The notes under the pieces: generated by a model
Databases searched by the model: none
The model's input: the letters and a program-made list of their open reading frames with translations, nothing else
Told to the model about the DNA's origin: nothing
Part shown: positions 1-10,632 of the stretch, in pieces
Layout: each line of letters starts with the position of its first letter
Numbering within the stretch: the stretch's first letter is position 1
Translations under genes and position numbers: made by a program
Assembly: GCA_963771175.1 (NCBI GenBank)
Contig: CAVYSY010000046.1
Location: forward strand, 128,001-192,000
Reading direction: 5' to 3'
Length of the DNA: 64,000 nucleotides
Source: an uncultured delta proteobacterium
Lineage (GTDB): Bacteria > Myxococcota > Myxococcia > Myxococcales > Myxococcaceae

Positions 1-688
1 GCGCGTCCGGCTCGAGCTCCTCGACCTTCACGGGCTTCAGGGGCTTGAGATCCTTCGTCACCGAGAGGGCCTGCCAGCAGCCGTAGCCCATGAAGCCGAA
101 CATGAAGGCGGCGTAGAACATGCGGGCGCTCAGGGCCAGGAGCGTCACGCCGGCGGCGGTGATGACTCCCAGCCAGAGGGCGATCCGCTGCCGGGTGGGC
201 CCGAGGATGCCGCCCGCCACGTGGCCTCCATCGAGCGGAGGTACCGGCAGCAGGTTGATGATGCCCCACCCGAAGTTCACCCACATCAGATCCCGGAAGA
301 TGACGTGGGTCGTGTAGCTGCGCGCGGGCACCAGATGGTCGACGCCCAGGATGATGGCCCCGAAGAGGAAGCCCGCGAGCGGCCCGGCGGCGGCGACGGC
401 CACGCTCCGCCAGCGGCTCAACCCCTGGTGGTAGCAGAGGCCACCGATGGAATAGAGGCGGATGCTCGCCCAGCCGCTGCCCAGGCTCATGGACATCAGC
501 GCGTGTCCCAGCTCGTGGATGAGGATGGACACGAAGCAGACGGCCACCCAGGAGAGGACCTGCGGCATGCCCCGGGCCCCGACCATCCCGAAGAGGGCCG
601 TCACCAGCCAGAAGCTTGGCTCGACCACGACCGGGATGCGGCCGAGCGAGAATTGCAGGGAGAAGGGGGCGGCGGGTTGGGTGCTCAT
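1..688 (-). CDS. Site-2 protease (M50 family intramembrane zinc metalloprotease), runs off the left window edge
   Basis: Not in the ORF track because it is truncated; my translation from ATG at 688 gives MSTQPAAPFSLQFSLGRIPVVVEPSFWL...ILIHELGH (HExxH)...AAAGPLA...INLLPVPPLDGGH (NxxPxxxLDG), with several hydrophobic segments. Confidence 0.9.
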   Translation of the reverse strand, partial: MSTQPAAPFSLQFSLGRIPVVVEPSFWLVTALFGMVGARGMPQVLSWVAVCFVSILIHELGHALMSMSLGSGWASIRLYSIGGLCYHQGLSRWRSVAVAAAGPLAGFLFGAIILGVDHLVPARSYTTHVIFRDLMWVNFGWGIINLLPVPPLDGGHVAGGILGPTRQRIALWLGVITAAGVTLLALSARMFYAAFMFGFMGYGCWQALSVTKDLKPLKPVKVEELEPDA

Positions 689-706
689 GTTCCTCGGGAA
701 TGAAAA

Positions 707-1378
707 TCAGTTCTTCGCGTCCACCCGGAACGCATTGGAATAGGTCTCTCTTCCCTCCTCGTCCACCAAGAGGATGAGGAAGTTGTTGCCGGGCGTGTCG
801 ATGGTGAGCTGCTCCTGGCGCACGCCTCCGGAGAAGGGGCCGCTCTGGAAGCGGGTGGTGGTCGCGTTGCCCTGGAAGCGGAGGATGCTCATCGTCACCG
901 TTCCCTCGAACCGATCGGCGTTCGTGCCCGTGGCATGGATGGTGACGGTGAAGGGCTGATCCTGGATCTGAACGCCGATGGGCTCGATCCAGAAGCCGAG
1001 GTAGGGCCGGACCTGGTAGGCCTGGGAGAGGGTGGCCTCGCGTCCATCCGGCAGCGACACCCGGAGGTCGTAGGTGCCCACCTCCAGACCCGGGTTCACG
1101 GTGCCCTCGAAACGGCCATTGCCCAGGTACCGCTCCAGCGGCACCAGCTGCGAGCCCACCTGCAGCGTCGGCTGGTCGAGCAGCTGTGCCGTCTGCGTGC
1201 CGTAGTCCACGAGGAAGCGCGGCTCCAGGTCGAGCTCCACGACGACGGCCTTGGACTCGGCGGCGCTCTGCTGCGTGGGCGCGACGGAGAGGATGTGGAA
1301 CTCCGTTGGCGTCGAGGGCTTCTCGGGCTCGCACGCGCACAGCAGCGCCACGAGCATGGGCAGTAGGACCGTTCTCAT
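707..1378 (-). CDS. Lipoprotein with Ig-like (IPT/TIG-like) beta-sandwich domains
   Basis: MRTVLLPMLVALLCAC lipobox; beta-rich body ('ILSVAP...GTYDLRVSLPDG'); start overlaps the stop of the upstream gene. Confidence 0.7.
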   Translation of the reverse strand: MRTVLLPMLVALLCACEPEKPSTPTEFHILSVAPTQQSAAESKAVVVELDLEPRFLVDYGTQTAQLLDQPTLQVGSQLVPLERYLGNGRFEGTVNPGLEVGTYDLRVSLPDGREATLSQAYQVRPYLGFWIEPIGVQIQDQPFTVTIHATGTNADRFEGTVTMSILRFQGNATTTRFQSGPFSGGVRQEQLTIDTPGNNFLILLVDEEGRETYSNAFRVDAKN

Positions 1379-2769
1379 AACGCGTACCTCACTCCCAGTG
1401 AGAGCGACAGCCCACCGGGCTGTGCCTTGATCTGCATCGTCCGGACGTCGGCGAAGCTGCCGCGCAGCTCGGCCAGGGCGCTCACCACACCCAGGTTCCA
1501 GGCCGCCTGGGCTCCGAGGAAGCCCGTGAACGTCCTCCCCGACTCCGTGTTCGCACCGGGGAAGAACTCGCTCGTCATCACCTGCTCGAAGTACATCATC
1601 CCGGCGCCCGCGCGACCGTAGAGCGAGAGCGGACCGCGCTCGAAGGCGAGGACCCGGGCGGAGAGCTGCAGCGGCATGGCCACTATCCGCGCGTTCAGCG
1701 GCCCGAGCTCCGCCACGCGGGGCTGGCTCGTGGAGCGGCGCAGTCCCACCTCCGCCTCCAGCGTGAACCGGCCACCGAGCGGCGGCAGGCGATACCCCAG
1801 GCCCCCCGAGACCAGGGGCCCGAGGTTGTCGCCGCCGGCGAAGAAACCTCCGGCCAGCAGGTGGAACGACAGGTTCTCCTTGCGCAGCCACGGCGCCCAC
1901 CAGGCCACCCCGGGCACCACGGCCGGCGCGGGAGGCTGCTTCGGCGGGGGGACGTGCGCGACGATCGGCGCCGACACCGGAGCCATGATCCGCGCCGCGC
2001 CGGTCCCATCCTTCCGATGGGCGTTCACCACCACGGCGCTCGCCGAGGGCTCGGGCTTCACGCGGAACACGCCCGGCGCCTCGGGCTGCTCCTCCACGTC
2101 GCCGCCCTGCACCTGCAGCTCCAACTCCGCGAGCGGGGTAGGGGCCTCGCCCAGCACGAGCAACCATCCCCCCTTGTCCGGCGGGATCACGTCGGGGCTG
2201 AGGAGGGCGAGCAGGGGCCGCTCGGGAGGCACGTCGAGCCGGGCGGTGCGGTTGGTCTGCTGGCCGTTGGCGGTGGCCAGCACGCGGGCCTCGCGCACGC
2301 CAGGGGGCACCTCCACCTGCACCTGGGCGCGGCCCTTGCGGTTGGTGAGGACGGGGCCGAAGCGCATGTCGGCCACCTGCACCACCACCTCGGCACCTGC
2401 GCCCACGTCCGTGGCCACGTCCAGCGTCGTGCGGCCCAGCAGGGGGATGTGGACGGTGGTGACCTTGGGCGGACCGGTGGGCGAGTCCACCCAGAAGGCC
2501 AGCACCGCCAGGAGGGGATAGCGGATGTCCGGGGGAACCCAGCGGTAGGAGTAGACGCCCCGGGCGGTGGCGGGCAGCGGCTGCAGACTGCCCGTGGATG
2601 CCATGGCCCGGAGCGGAGGCGTCCCGCGAGGCACCTTCACCTGCACCACCACCGCCTTGTCCTGGCCGAGCACCACCTGCGCGGGGGCCGCCGTCACCGG
2701 GAAGGGGACCGCCTCCGCCAGCAGTGGCAGGGCGAGCAACAACAGCAGAGGCAGGAGCGGCACTCGCAT
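1375..2769 (-). CDS. Secreted protein with Ig-like N-terminal region and C-terminal outer-membrane beta-barrel-like domain
   Basis: Signal peptide MRVPLLPLLLLLALPLLAEA; Pro-rich linker; amphipathic strands ending LSLSLGVRYAL. Confidence 0.65.
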   Translation of the reverse strand: MRVPLLPLLLLLALPLLAEAVPFPVTAAPAQVVLGQDKAVVVQVKVPRGTPPLRAMASTGSLQPLPATARGVYSYRWVPPDIRYPLLAVLAFWVDSPTGPPKVTTVHIPLLGRTTLDVATDVGAGAEVVVQVADMRFGPVLTNRKGRAQVQVEVPPGVREARVLATANGQQTNRTARLDVPPERPLLALLSPDVIPPDKGGWLLVLGEAPTPLAELELQVQGGDVEEQPEAPGVFRVKPEPSASAVVVNAHRKDGTGAARIMAPVSAPIVAHVPPPKQPPAPAVVPGVAWWAPWLRKENLSFHLLAGGFFAGGDNLGPLVSGGLGYRLPPLGGRFTLEAEVGLRRSTSQPRVAELGPLNARIVAMPLQLSARVLAFERGPLSLYGRAGAGMMYFEQVMTSEFFPGANTESGRTFTGFLGAQAAWNLGVVSALAELRGSFADVRTMQIKAQPGGLSLSLGVRYAL

Positions 2770-2810
2770 ACGGGCAGGGGGCCTACCGTCCAGCCTCTGC
2801 GGCGCCTCTG

Positions 2811-3392
2811 TCAACCCTCGGCGGGGCTGCTCGGCGAGGAAGCGGCTTCTTCCGTTGCCTGAGGCTGCGGCTTGTCCGCTGGGCCCGTAGCTTTCGCGCC
2901 CGGCGGGCTGAAAGCCGGCTTCTCGGCCGGTGCGCCGCCGGTGGCGTGGACGAGCGTCTTCGTCTCCGACTTGAAGGTGATGTCCACCTTGTTGCCGCGC
3001 ACCGCCGTCACCAGCCCCAGCCCGAAGGTGGGGTGCTGGATGACCTGATCCACCTTGTAGGTGTCCTTGGGGCTGTAGCGGGGCGCGTTGGCGATGTCCT
3101 TGCCCGCGAGCTGCTCCTCGAAGGAGATGATCACCTTCTCCTCGGCGGAGGCGCGGGCCCGAGGGGCGCGTGTGGAGGTGCCGCCACTGCTGCTGCTGCT
3201 GGCGCGGGCGGCCGGACTCGGCTTGTCCGTGGTGCCCGGCGCGGACCTGTAGGCGTGGTCTCCGTTGCAGGTGTTGCAGCGGACTCGAGCGATCTTCGTT
3301 CCCACCATCGCCAGGATGGTGTGGGCAAGCGTGAGCCGGCACCGGGTGCAGAACGCGTCGACCTCGCCGCCGACCTTGTGATTGGGGGCCAT
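2811..3392 (-). CDS. Zinc-ribbon protein with C-terminal Tudor/SH3-like domain
   Basis: CTRC...CNTC pairs, Ser-rich linker, then YKVDQVIQHPTFGLGLV..VDITF. Confidence 0.7.
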   Translation of the reverse strand: MAPNHKVGGEVDAFCTRCRLTLAHTILAMVGTKIARVRCNTCNGDHAYRSAPGTTDKPSPAARASSSSSGGTSTRAPRARASAEEKVIISFEEQLAGKDIANAPRYSPKDTYKVDQVIQHPTFGLGLVTAVRGNKVDITFKSETKTLVHATGGAPAEKPAFSPPGAKATGPADKPQPQATEEAASSPSSPAEG

Positions 3393-3586
3393 GTGGTAAT
3401 GCTTCTCGCTTCTCTGTGGGGATGAAAAGGGCGGCGGAACATAACGGCAACGCCGCTCGGGAGAAACCCCCTTGTCGAGCCCGGGTGCGCGAGCCTGGAT
3501 GCCTGGGGTGCCGGGAGGCGGAGGGGGGCTCTGGCCCGAGCGATTGCTTGTGCCGGGAATGGGGGCACTTAGAGTAAGAACCCCCC

Positions 3587-4408
3587 GTGGCCTCCGACAA
3601 CACACAGCAGGCGGAACAGCCCAAGGCTCCGCACCCGGTCGTCCAGTCCATCGAGGGCATGGGCCGGGGCGTCATCGGCATGGTGTCGGAGCTGGGCGGC
3701 CTCGTCACGCTCGCCATCGATGTGGGGCGCTGGGGCGCGCGCCGGCCGTATCGCTGGCAGAACCTTTTCTTTCAGCTCGACTTCGTGGGGGTGGGCAGCG
3801 TCTTCATCGTCCTGCTCACCGGCCTCTTCACCGGCATGGTGTTCGCCCACCAGTCCTCGCGAGCCTTCGAGATGTTCGACGCGGAGAGCCTGGTGGGCCC
3901 CACCGTGGCCCTCACCCTCACGCGCGAGCTGGCCCCGGTCTTCTCCGCGCTGATGGTCACCATGCGCGCCGGCTCGGCCATGTGCACGGAGCTGGGCACC
4001 ATGCGCGTCTCCGAGCAGGTGGACGCCCTGGAGACCATGGCCGTCAACCCCATCCAGTACCTCCTGGTCCCCCGGGTGCTGGCTGGCCTCATCATGGTGC
4101 CGATCCTCACGCTGCTCTTCGACACCTCCGGCATCCTCGGCTCCTACTTCGTCTCGGTGTCGGTCAAGGGGCTGTCGGCCGGTACCTTCCTCGCGCGCAC
4201 GCGCCAGTGGTTGGACCCCGCGGACGTCTTCGAGGGACTCATCAAGGGCGCCGTCTTCGGGCTGGCCGTGGCCCTCATCTGCTGCTTCAAGGGCTTCAAC
4301 GCCTCGGGTGGCTCCAAGGGCGTGGGCAAGGCCACCACCGAGGCCATGGTGTCCAGCGCCCTCTCCATCTTCATCCTCGACTTCCTCGTCGGCGTCCTCC
4401 TGCACTGA
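3587..4408 (+). CDS. mlaE: MlaE family ABC transporter permease
   Basis: RELAPVFSALMVTMRAGSAMCTELGTMRVSEQVDALETMAVNP and GVGKATTEAMV motifs. Confidence 0.95.
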   Translation: MASDNTQQAEQPKAPHPVVQSIEGMGRGVIGMVSELGGLVTLAIDVGRWGARRPYRWQNLFFQLDFVGVGSVFIVLLTGLFTGMVFAHQSSRAFEMFDAESLVGPTVALTLTRELAPVFSALMVTMRAGSAMCTELGTMRVSEQVDALETMAVNPIQYLLVPRVLAGLIMVPILTLLFDTSGILGSYFVSVSVKGLSAGTFLARTRQWLDPADVFEGLIKGAVFGLAVALICCFKGFNASGGSKGVGKATTEAMVSSALSIFILDFLVGVLLH

Positions 4409-5173
4409 TGTCGGACATGAGCTCCAGGCCGATGATCGAGATCGTCGACCTGCACAAATCCTTCGGTGACTACACCGTCCTCAAGGGCATCGACCTCTCG
4501 GTGCCCGCGGGGAACACGTGCGTCATCCTCGGGGGCTCGGGCTCGGGCAAGACGGTGCTGATGAAGCACATGATCGGCCTGCTCAAGCCGGACAAGGGTC
4601 AGGTCATCATCGATGGGGAGGACGTCGTCCCCATGGGCCCCGAGGACCTGGAGCGGATGCGGCACAAGTTCGGCATGGTGTTCCAGGCCGCCGCGCTCTT
4701 CGACTCGATGGACCGTCTACGAGAACGTGGCCTTCCCGCTGCGCGAGCACAGCAAGCTGTCGGAGGAGGAGATCCAGAAGCTGGTTCGCTCGAAGCTGGA
4801 TCTCATGGGCCTGCCGCGCAGCGCGGAGAGGAAGTTCCCCGCGGACCTGTCCGGCGGCATGCGCAAGCGCGTGGGTCTGGCGCGTGCCATCGTGATGAAC
4901 CCGAAGATCGTCCTCTACGACGAGCCCACCACGGGCCTGGATCCCATCACCACGGACTACGTGGACGAGATGATCCTCGCGGCCCAGAAGGAATTGGGGA
5001 TCACCAGCGTGGTCATCAGCCACGACATCGCATCGGCCTTCAACGTCGCGGACCAGATCGCCTTCCTCAGCAAGGGCGTCATCCTGGAGCAGGGATCCCC
5101 GGAGCTGGTGCGCGCCTCGAAGCACCCGGCCGTGGAGGTCTTCATGCAGACCTGGTTCGGAAAGAACGATTAG
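4408..5173 (+). CDS. mlaF: MlaF family ABC ATP-binding protein (frameshift near 4711)
   Basis: Walker A GGSGSGKT in one frame; LSGGMRKR and LYDEPTTGLDP in the next; removing one G restores ALFDSMTVYENV. Confidence 0.9.
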
Positions 5174-5184
5174 GAGCACTCCCG

Positions 5185-6713
5185 GTGAAGAAGCTCGTCA
5201 CACCCTTCCGAGTAGGTCTGCTGGTGATCATCGCCGGAGGGTTCCTCTTTGGTTTCATCCTGTTCACCCGCAAGGGCGGGCTGAGCAAGGACGAGTCCAT
5301 CCAGGTGTACGCCTACTTCCGGGACGCCTCGGGCCTGGGGGCCAAGAGCCGGGTGCAGATCGCCGGCATCCCGGTGGGCGAGGTGGAGGGCGTCAAGCTG
5401 GAGGGCACGCGCGCCCAGGTGTCGCTGCGCATCCGCCGCGACGTGGATCTGCGCCAGGACGCCGGCCTCGTGAAGCGCTCGGAGTCCCTGCTGGGTGACT
5501 ACCTGTTGGATCTCAACCCGGGCTCCGAGCAGGCGCCCAACATGGAGGACGGCGGGGAGATCCGCCGGGTGGTGGACGTGCAGGGCATGGAGGCCGTCTT
5601 CGAGTCGCTCAGCCAGATCACCTCGGACATCCAGCAGGTGACGGCGGCGCTGCGCGACGTGCTCGGCGGGGACAAGGGCGCCGGCTCGCTGGAGCGGATC
5701 GTCGACAACCTCGTGCGGCTGTCGGACTCGATGGACATGACGGTGCGCATCACCGCCCAGCGCCTGGACGCCATCCTCCGCAACATCGAGGACGTGAGCG
5801 GCGACGTGCGGGGCATCACCGCCTCCAACGAGGACAGCATCGGCAACATCGTCCACAACATCGAGGCCATCACCCACGACACGCGCGACGTGCTCTCCTC
5901 GGTGCAGAAGGCCGTCGGCAGTGGGCAGGGGGGTGACCTGAAGGACACCGTGACCAGCCTCAAGCAGACGATGGCCCGGCTGGACAAGACGCTCTCCAAC
6001 CTGGAGCAGATCACCACCAAGGTGAACAACGGCGAGGGCGCCGTGGGCGCGCTGGTGGCCGATCGAGCGTCTGGGCCAGAAGATCTCCGAGTCCGTGGAG
6101 GACATGTCCGACTTCGCCTCCAAGCTCACCGGCATGGAGACCGAGGTGGGTCTGCAGGCCACCTACCTGGTCGGGCAGGGCAGCTCGAAGAACAGCCTGT
6201 CGCTGCGGCTGGCTCCCAAGCCGGACAAGTACTATCTGTTGGAGCTGGTGGATGATCCGCGCGGCATCACCGAGACGCAGCTCGTCCAGACCAACCCGCC
6301 CTCCTCGGGCGAGCCCGTCACCCAGCAGCAGAAGATCACCAAGGAAGGCTTCAAGTTCAGCGCCCAGTTCGCCAAGCGCTACTACTTCACCACCCTGCGC
6401 TTCGGCATCATCGAGTCCACGGGCGGCCTCGGCGCCGACTTCCACTTCTTCAAGGATCACCTGATGTTGAAGATGGACGCCTTCAACTTCTCGGTGGACG
6501 AGCTGCGCTACCCCCGGCATCCGCGCCTCGCTCCGGGCCCAGGCGTTCGACCAGCTGTTCGTCACCGCCGGCATGGACGACCTGCTGAACGACCAGCGGC
6601 GCGACCTCACCACCCGGAAGATGCTCGCCGGCCGCGACTTCTTCTTCGGTGGCGGCATCTACTTCACCGATGATGACCTCAAGGCCATCATGACGGCTGT
6701 GCCCACACCGTGA
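5185..6713 (+). CDS. mlaD: MlaD/MCE family protein with long helical and C-terminal beta region (frameshifts near 6063 and 6517)
   Basis: N-terminal TM, FRDASGLGAKSRVQIAGIPVGEV and SESLLGDYLLDLNPG MCE motifs; coding continues across two single-base insertions to TGA at 6711-6713. Confidence 0.85.
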
Positions 6714-6814
6714 TGGCTTGACCTGACCGACTGAAAAGTCGTACCTCGCCACGGCACGGGCGGTCCCCTGGGAGTCCCGTGCCTGCCTCACCGGCCTCTC
6801 TCCCTGGAACGCTC

Positions 6815-7740
6815 ATGTCTCTTCTCGTCGTTGGCTCGGTCGCGCTGGACTCGGTGGAAACCCCCTTCGGTCTGAAGGAGGACGTCCTTGGTGGCTCGGC
6901 CACCTTCTTCTCCACCTCCGCGTCCTTCTTCACCCCGGCCAAGGTGGTGGCGGTGGTGGGCGAGGACTTCCCCCAGGCCCACCTGGACTTCCTGCGCGGC
7001 CGCGGCGTGGACCTCGAGGGCGTCACCCGGGAGAAGGGCCGCACCTTCCGCTGGAAGGGCCGCTACGGCTGGCAGCTCAACGAGGCCGCAGACGCTCGAC
7101 ACCCAGCTCAACGTCTTCCAGTCCTTCTCGCCCAAGCTCCCCGAGAGCTACCGCGACGCCCAGTTCGTCTTCCTCGGCAACATCCACCCGGAGCTCCAGT
7201 GCCAGGTGCTGGATCAGGTGCAAGAGCCCCAAGCTGGTCGCCGCCGACACGATGAACTTCTGGATCAACGGCAGCCGGCAGGCGCTCCTCAAGACGCTCA
7301 AGCGCGTCGACCTGCTCTTCGTCAACGACGCCGAGGCCCGCCAGCTCTCCGGCGAGCACAACATCGTCAAGGCCGCCCGCGCCATCCTGGCCATGGGCCC
7401 CCAGCGCGTGGTCATCAAGCGCGGCGAGTACGGCGCGCTGCTCTTCGATCAGGAGCACATCTTCGCCTGCCCGGCCTTCCCGCTGGCGGACGTGTTCGAC
7501 CCGACCGGCGCCGGGGACACCTTCGCCGGCGGCTTCATGGGCACCCTGGCCCAGAATGGCCAGATCGACTCCCAGGTGCTGCGCCGCGCGATGGTGATGG
7601 GCAGCGTGATGGCCTCCTTCACCGTGGAGAAGTTCAGCCTCGAGCGCCTGCGCGAGGTGACCGTCAAGGACATCCACGCCCGGTTCTCTGAGTTCAAGCG
7701 ACTCACGCACTTCGAGGACCTCGGCTCGCTGGAGGGCTGA
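6815..7740 (+). CDS. PfkB family carbohydrate/nucleoside kinase (frameshifts near 7088 and 7222)
   Basis: VVGSVALD, LGGSATF at the N-terminus; DPTGAGDTFAGG PfkB signature. Confidence 0.9.
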
Positions 7741-7852
7741 GTCGGAGCCCGTGGAGGGGGGGGAGACCCCCTCTTGACGGATATTTCCAGTGTCCCTAAT
7801 CTCGGGTCCCGCGAATCCTGATTCCTGGGATGGTGTGGTGGGTGGTGGGAGA

Positions 7853-8239
7853 ATGCAAGCGCGCCACGGACCGCGCGCCGGAGGGCACGGGTTGCGGACG
7901 GAGAACCGAAAGCACGGACGAGTCCCCTCACGCCTGCGGGCCTGGTGCGAGTCGGACAACATCACGCTCTACGCGCGCATCGGCAACCTGAGCGAGGGCG
8001 GGCTGTTCCTGCAGACGAACACGCCGCTGGCCAAGGGACGCCGGACGCGGCTGCGGCTGAGCTGTGATGGGATGAAGGAGCTCATGGCCGAGGCCACGGT
8101 GGTATGGCAGCGGGAGCGGCGGGTGGAGACGGGCGCTCCGGGCATGGGCTTGAGGTTCGAGGGGTTGGATTCTGGTGCGCTGGCGCTCCTGCGGCGCATC
8201 ATCTCCGAAGAGCAGCGAATGGTGGCACTCGGTACCTAG
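7853..8239 (+). CDS. PilZ domain protein (myxobacterial TIGR02266-like)
   Basis: RKHGR (RxxxR) and NLSEGG ((D/N)xSxxG) motifs; GMGLRF. Confidence 0.9.
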   Translation: MQARHGPRAGGHGLRTENRKHGRVPSRLRAWCESDNITLYARIGNLSEGGLFLQTNTPLAKGRRTRLRLSCDGMKELMAEATVVWQRERRVETGAPGMGLRFEGLDSGALALLRRIISEEQRMVALGT

Positions 8240-8271
8240 CGGCCGGGCGGAGGGCCCGGTGAGAACTCCTC

Positions 8272-9003
8272 ATGCGCATCGCGATCATCTCCGACATCCA
8301 CTCCAACATCGAGGCACTGACGGAAGTGCTCCGGGTCGCGGAAGAGCAGAAGGTGGATCGCATCGTGTCGCTGGGGGACGTGGTGGGCTACGGGGCCTCG
8401 CCCAACGCCTGCTGTGACCTGGTGCGCTCGGTGACCGAGGTGACGCTGCTGGGCAACCACGACGCGGCGGTGGCCGGGCGGATGGACTACTCGTTCTACT
8501 ACGACGCCGCCCGCCACGCGCTCGACTGGTCCGCCGGAGTGCTCTCGGACGAGAACATGGACTGGCTGAAGAGCCTGCCCTACACGTACCGGATCGGGGA
8601 CGTGGGCTTCTGCCATGGCTCGCCGGTGGAGCCCAAGGCGTACGAGTACATCTTCGCGCTCGAGCAGGCCAAGGATCTGGCCCCGTACGTGGAGCACCTG
8701 CCGGAGGTGACGTTCATCGGGCACAGCCACCTGTGCAAGGCGTTCGCCATCGGCAACGGCGAGGTGCACGACGTGGTGGCCCAGAAGTTCGGCATCCGCC
8801 GGGGCTACAAGTACATCATCTCGGTGGGCAGCGTGGGGCAGCCGCGGGACTACGACAACCGGGCCTGCTTCGTGATCTGCGACACCGGGGCGCGCACGGT
8901 GGAGTACCTCCGGGTGGAGTACGACATCGAGACGGCCGCGCAGAAGATCTTCGACGCCGAGCTGGCGCTGAACTTCGGCAAGCGCTTGTTCCTCGGGGTG
9001 TGA
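8272..9003 (+). CDS. Calcineurin-like metallophosphoesterase
   Basis: SDIHSN, LGDVVGYG, GNHD, HGSP, GHSH, GSVGQPRD motifs. Confidence 0.95.
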   Translation: MRIAIISDIHSNIEALTEVLRVAEEQKVDRIVSLGDVVGYGASPNACCDLVRSVTEVTLLGNHDAAVAGRMDYSFYYDAARHALDWSAGVLSDENMDWLKSLPYTYRIGDVGFCHGSPVEPKAYEYIFALEQAKDLAPYVEHLPEVTFIGHSHLCKAFAIGNGEVHDVVAQKFGIRRGYKYIISVGSVGQPRDYDNRACFVICDTGARTVEYLRVEYDIETAAQKIFDAELALNFGKRLFLGV

Positions 9004-9060
9004 GCCCTCCCCCGCGAAAAAGGGGCGCGGCGGCCCGGAAGATGGCGTAGAAACCGGCCT

Positions 9061-9735
9061 GTGCGGACCTACAGCTTCCTTTCCGGTCGGATGTTCACCG
9101 GCCTCCTGATGGCCCTCCTCCTGGCGGCGGCACCCATCGCCTGCCGCAAGCCCGCGCAGCCCTCCGAGGAGTTCTCCCAGGCGCGCACGCGTTTCGGCAA
9201 GCTGTACGCGGAGAAGGGCGACGGCGCCTTCGTCGATCCGGAGATCGATCAGATCGACTCGATGCTGGCCCGGGTGCCCCCCAACAGCCTGGACGCGGCG
9301 GCGGCGAAGGAACTGCGCGCCCGGATCCAGGCCGGTCGGCAGGAGTCCCAGGCGCGTGCCAAGGCCCAGGAAGAGGCCCTGGCGAAGGCACGTGCGCCGA
9401 GCGAGATGCCTGCCGGTTTCAAGTCCGCCCCGACTCCCGCTCCCGCCCCCGAGAAGCCCCCGGAGCCTGTCGACGCTGGCACCCCCGCCGTGCCCCAGGT
9501 CGGCACCCCTGCCGCCGAGCTGGCGAGCGGCTTCTCTGGCTGCTTCCAGAAGGGGGAGCCCCTGGAGGTGCTCGGCCGCGGTCTCCGGGATCGCTGGGAA
9601 TTGCAGGACCGCGCGGCGTGTCGCCAGCAGTATGGCTCGCTCCAGGATCAGGTGTTGATCATCGAAGAGGGCAAGGTGATTGCCCTGGCTCCCAAGAGCG
9701 CGCTCAAGGAACTTCCCGCGGACGGCGGCCGCTGA
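9061..9735 (+). CDS. Hypothetical lipoprotein
   Basis: Hydrophobic leader ending APIAC; helical region, Pro-rich linker; lies in an apparent operon. Confidence 0.7.
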   Translation: MRTYSFLSGRMFTGLLMALLLAAAPIACRKPAQPSEEFSQARTRFGKLYAEKGDGAFVDPEIDQIDSMLARVPPNSLDAAAAKELRARIQAGRQESQARAKAQEEALAKARAPSEMPAGFKSAPTPAPAPEKPPEPVDAGTPAVPQVGTPAAELASGFSGCFQKGEPLEVLGRGLRDRWELQDRAACRQQYGSLQDQVLIIEEGKVIALAPKSALKELPADGGR

Positions 9736-9783
9736 CGCGCAGCCCGTCCCATCCACCCCTCATCCCAGAGCAGAACCGGTCTC

Positions 9784-10632
9784 ATGGACGAACAGACCTT
9801 CATGAAGCTGATGCAGATCCTCCCCAAGTCCGCGCTATCCACGGCGGTGGGGATGGCCACGCGCCTGCCCGTGCCGGCGCCACTGCACCGGGCGGCCATC
9901 AAGGCCTTCGCGAAGTCCTACAACGTGGACGTCGCCGAGGCCGAGCACACCCTCGAGCACTACCCGACCTTCGCGCAGTTCTTCACCCGCGGCCTCAAGG
10001 CGGGCCTGCGTCCCGTGGAGCCGGGTGAGAAGGTCGTCGTGTCCCCGGTGGACGGCGCGGTGTCCCAGGTGGGCTACTCCGAGCACGGCCGTGTCATGCA
10101 GGCCAAGGGCATCCACTACACCGTGGACGAGCTGCTCGGGGACCCCCAGGCCGCGAAGCCCTTCCACGGCGGCGCCTGGACCACCATCTACCTGTCGCCC
10201 CGCGACTACCACCGCATCCACTCGCCGCTCGGCGGGAAGATCACCGGGTACTCGTACATCCCCGGCGAGTTCTGGCCCGTGAACGTGGCCTCGGTGAAGT
10301 ACAAGCAGGCGCTCTTCTGCGTGAACGAGCGGCTCGTCACCTACCTCGGACACCGCTGGCCGGCCAGTGCGCCGTGGTGAAGGTGGGCGCCACGTGCGTG
10401 GCGCGCATCAAGGCCGCCTATGACGACGTCGCTCACGCACACGGGCAAGCCGGGCAAGGTGCACCGCTACGACTCCGCCATTCCGGTGGAGAAGGGCGGG
10501 GAGCTGGGCCGCTTCGAGATGGGCTCCACCGTCATCCTGCTCTTCGAGCCGGGTCGCGTGCGCTGGGACGAGAGCCTCGCAGCCGGAGGCCGGTGGTGCG
10601 CATGGGCCGGCGCATCGGAGAGGTCGTCGTGA
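9784..10632 (+). CDS. psd: Phosphatidylserine decarboxylase proenzyme (frameshifted in the 3' third)
   Basis: [35 protein letters not shown], and GRFEMGSTV self-cleavage motif spread over several frames. Confidence 0.92.

Noticed and set aside
3472..6255. 927-aa ABC ATPase-MCE fusion ORF
   Set aside because: Artefact: the mlaF frameshift runs the frame through into mlaD.
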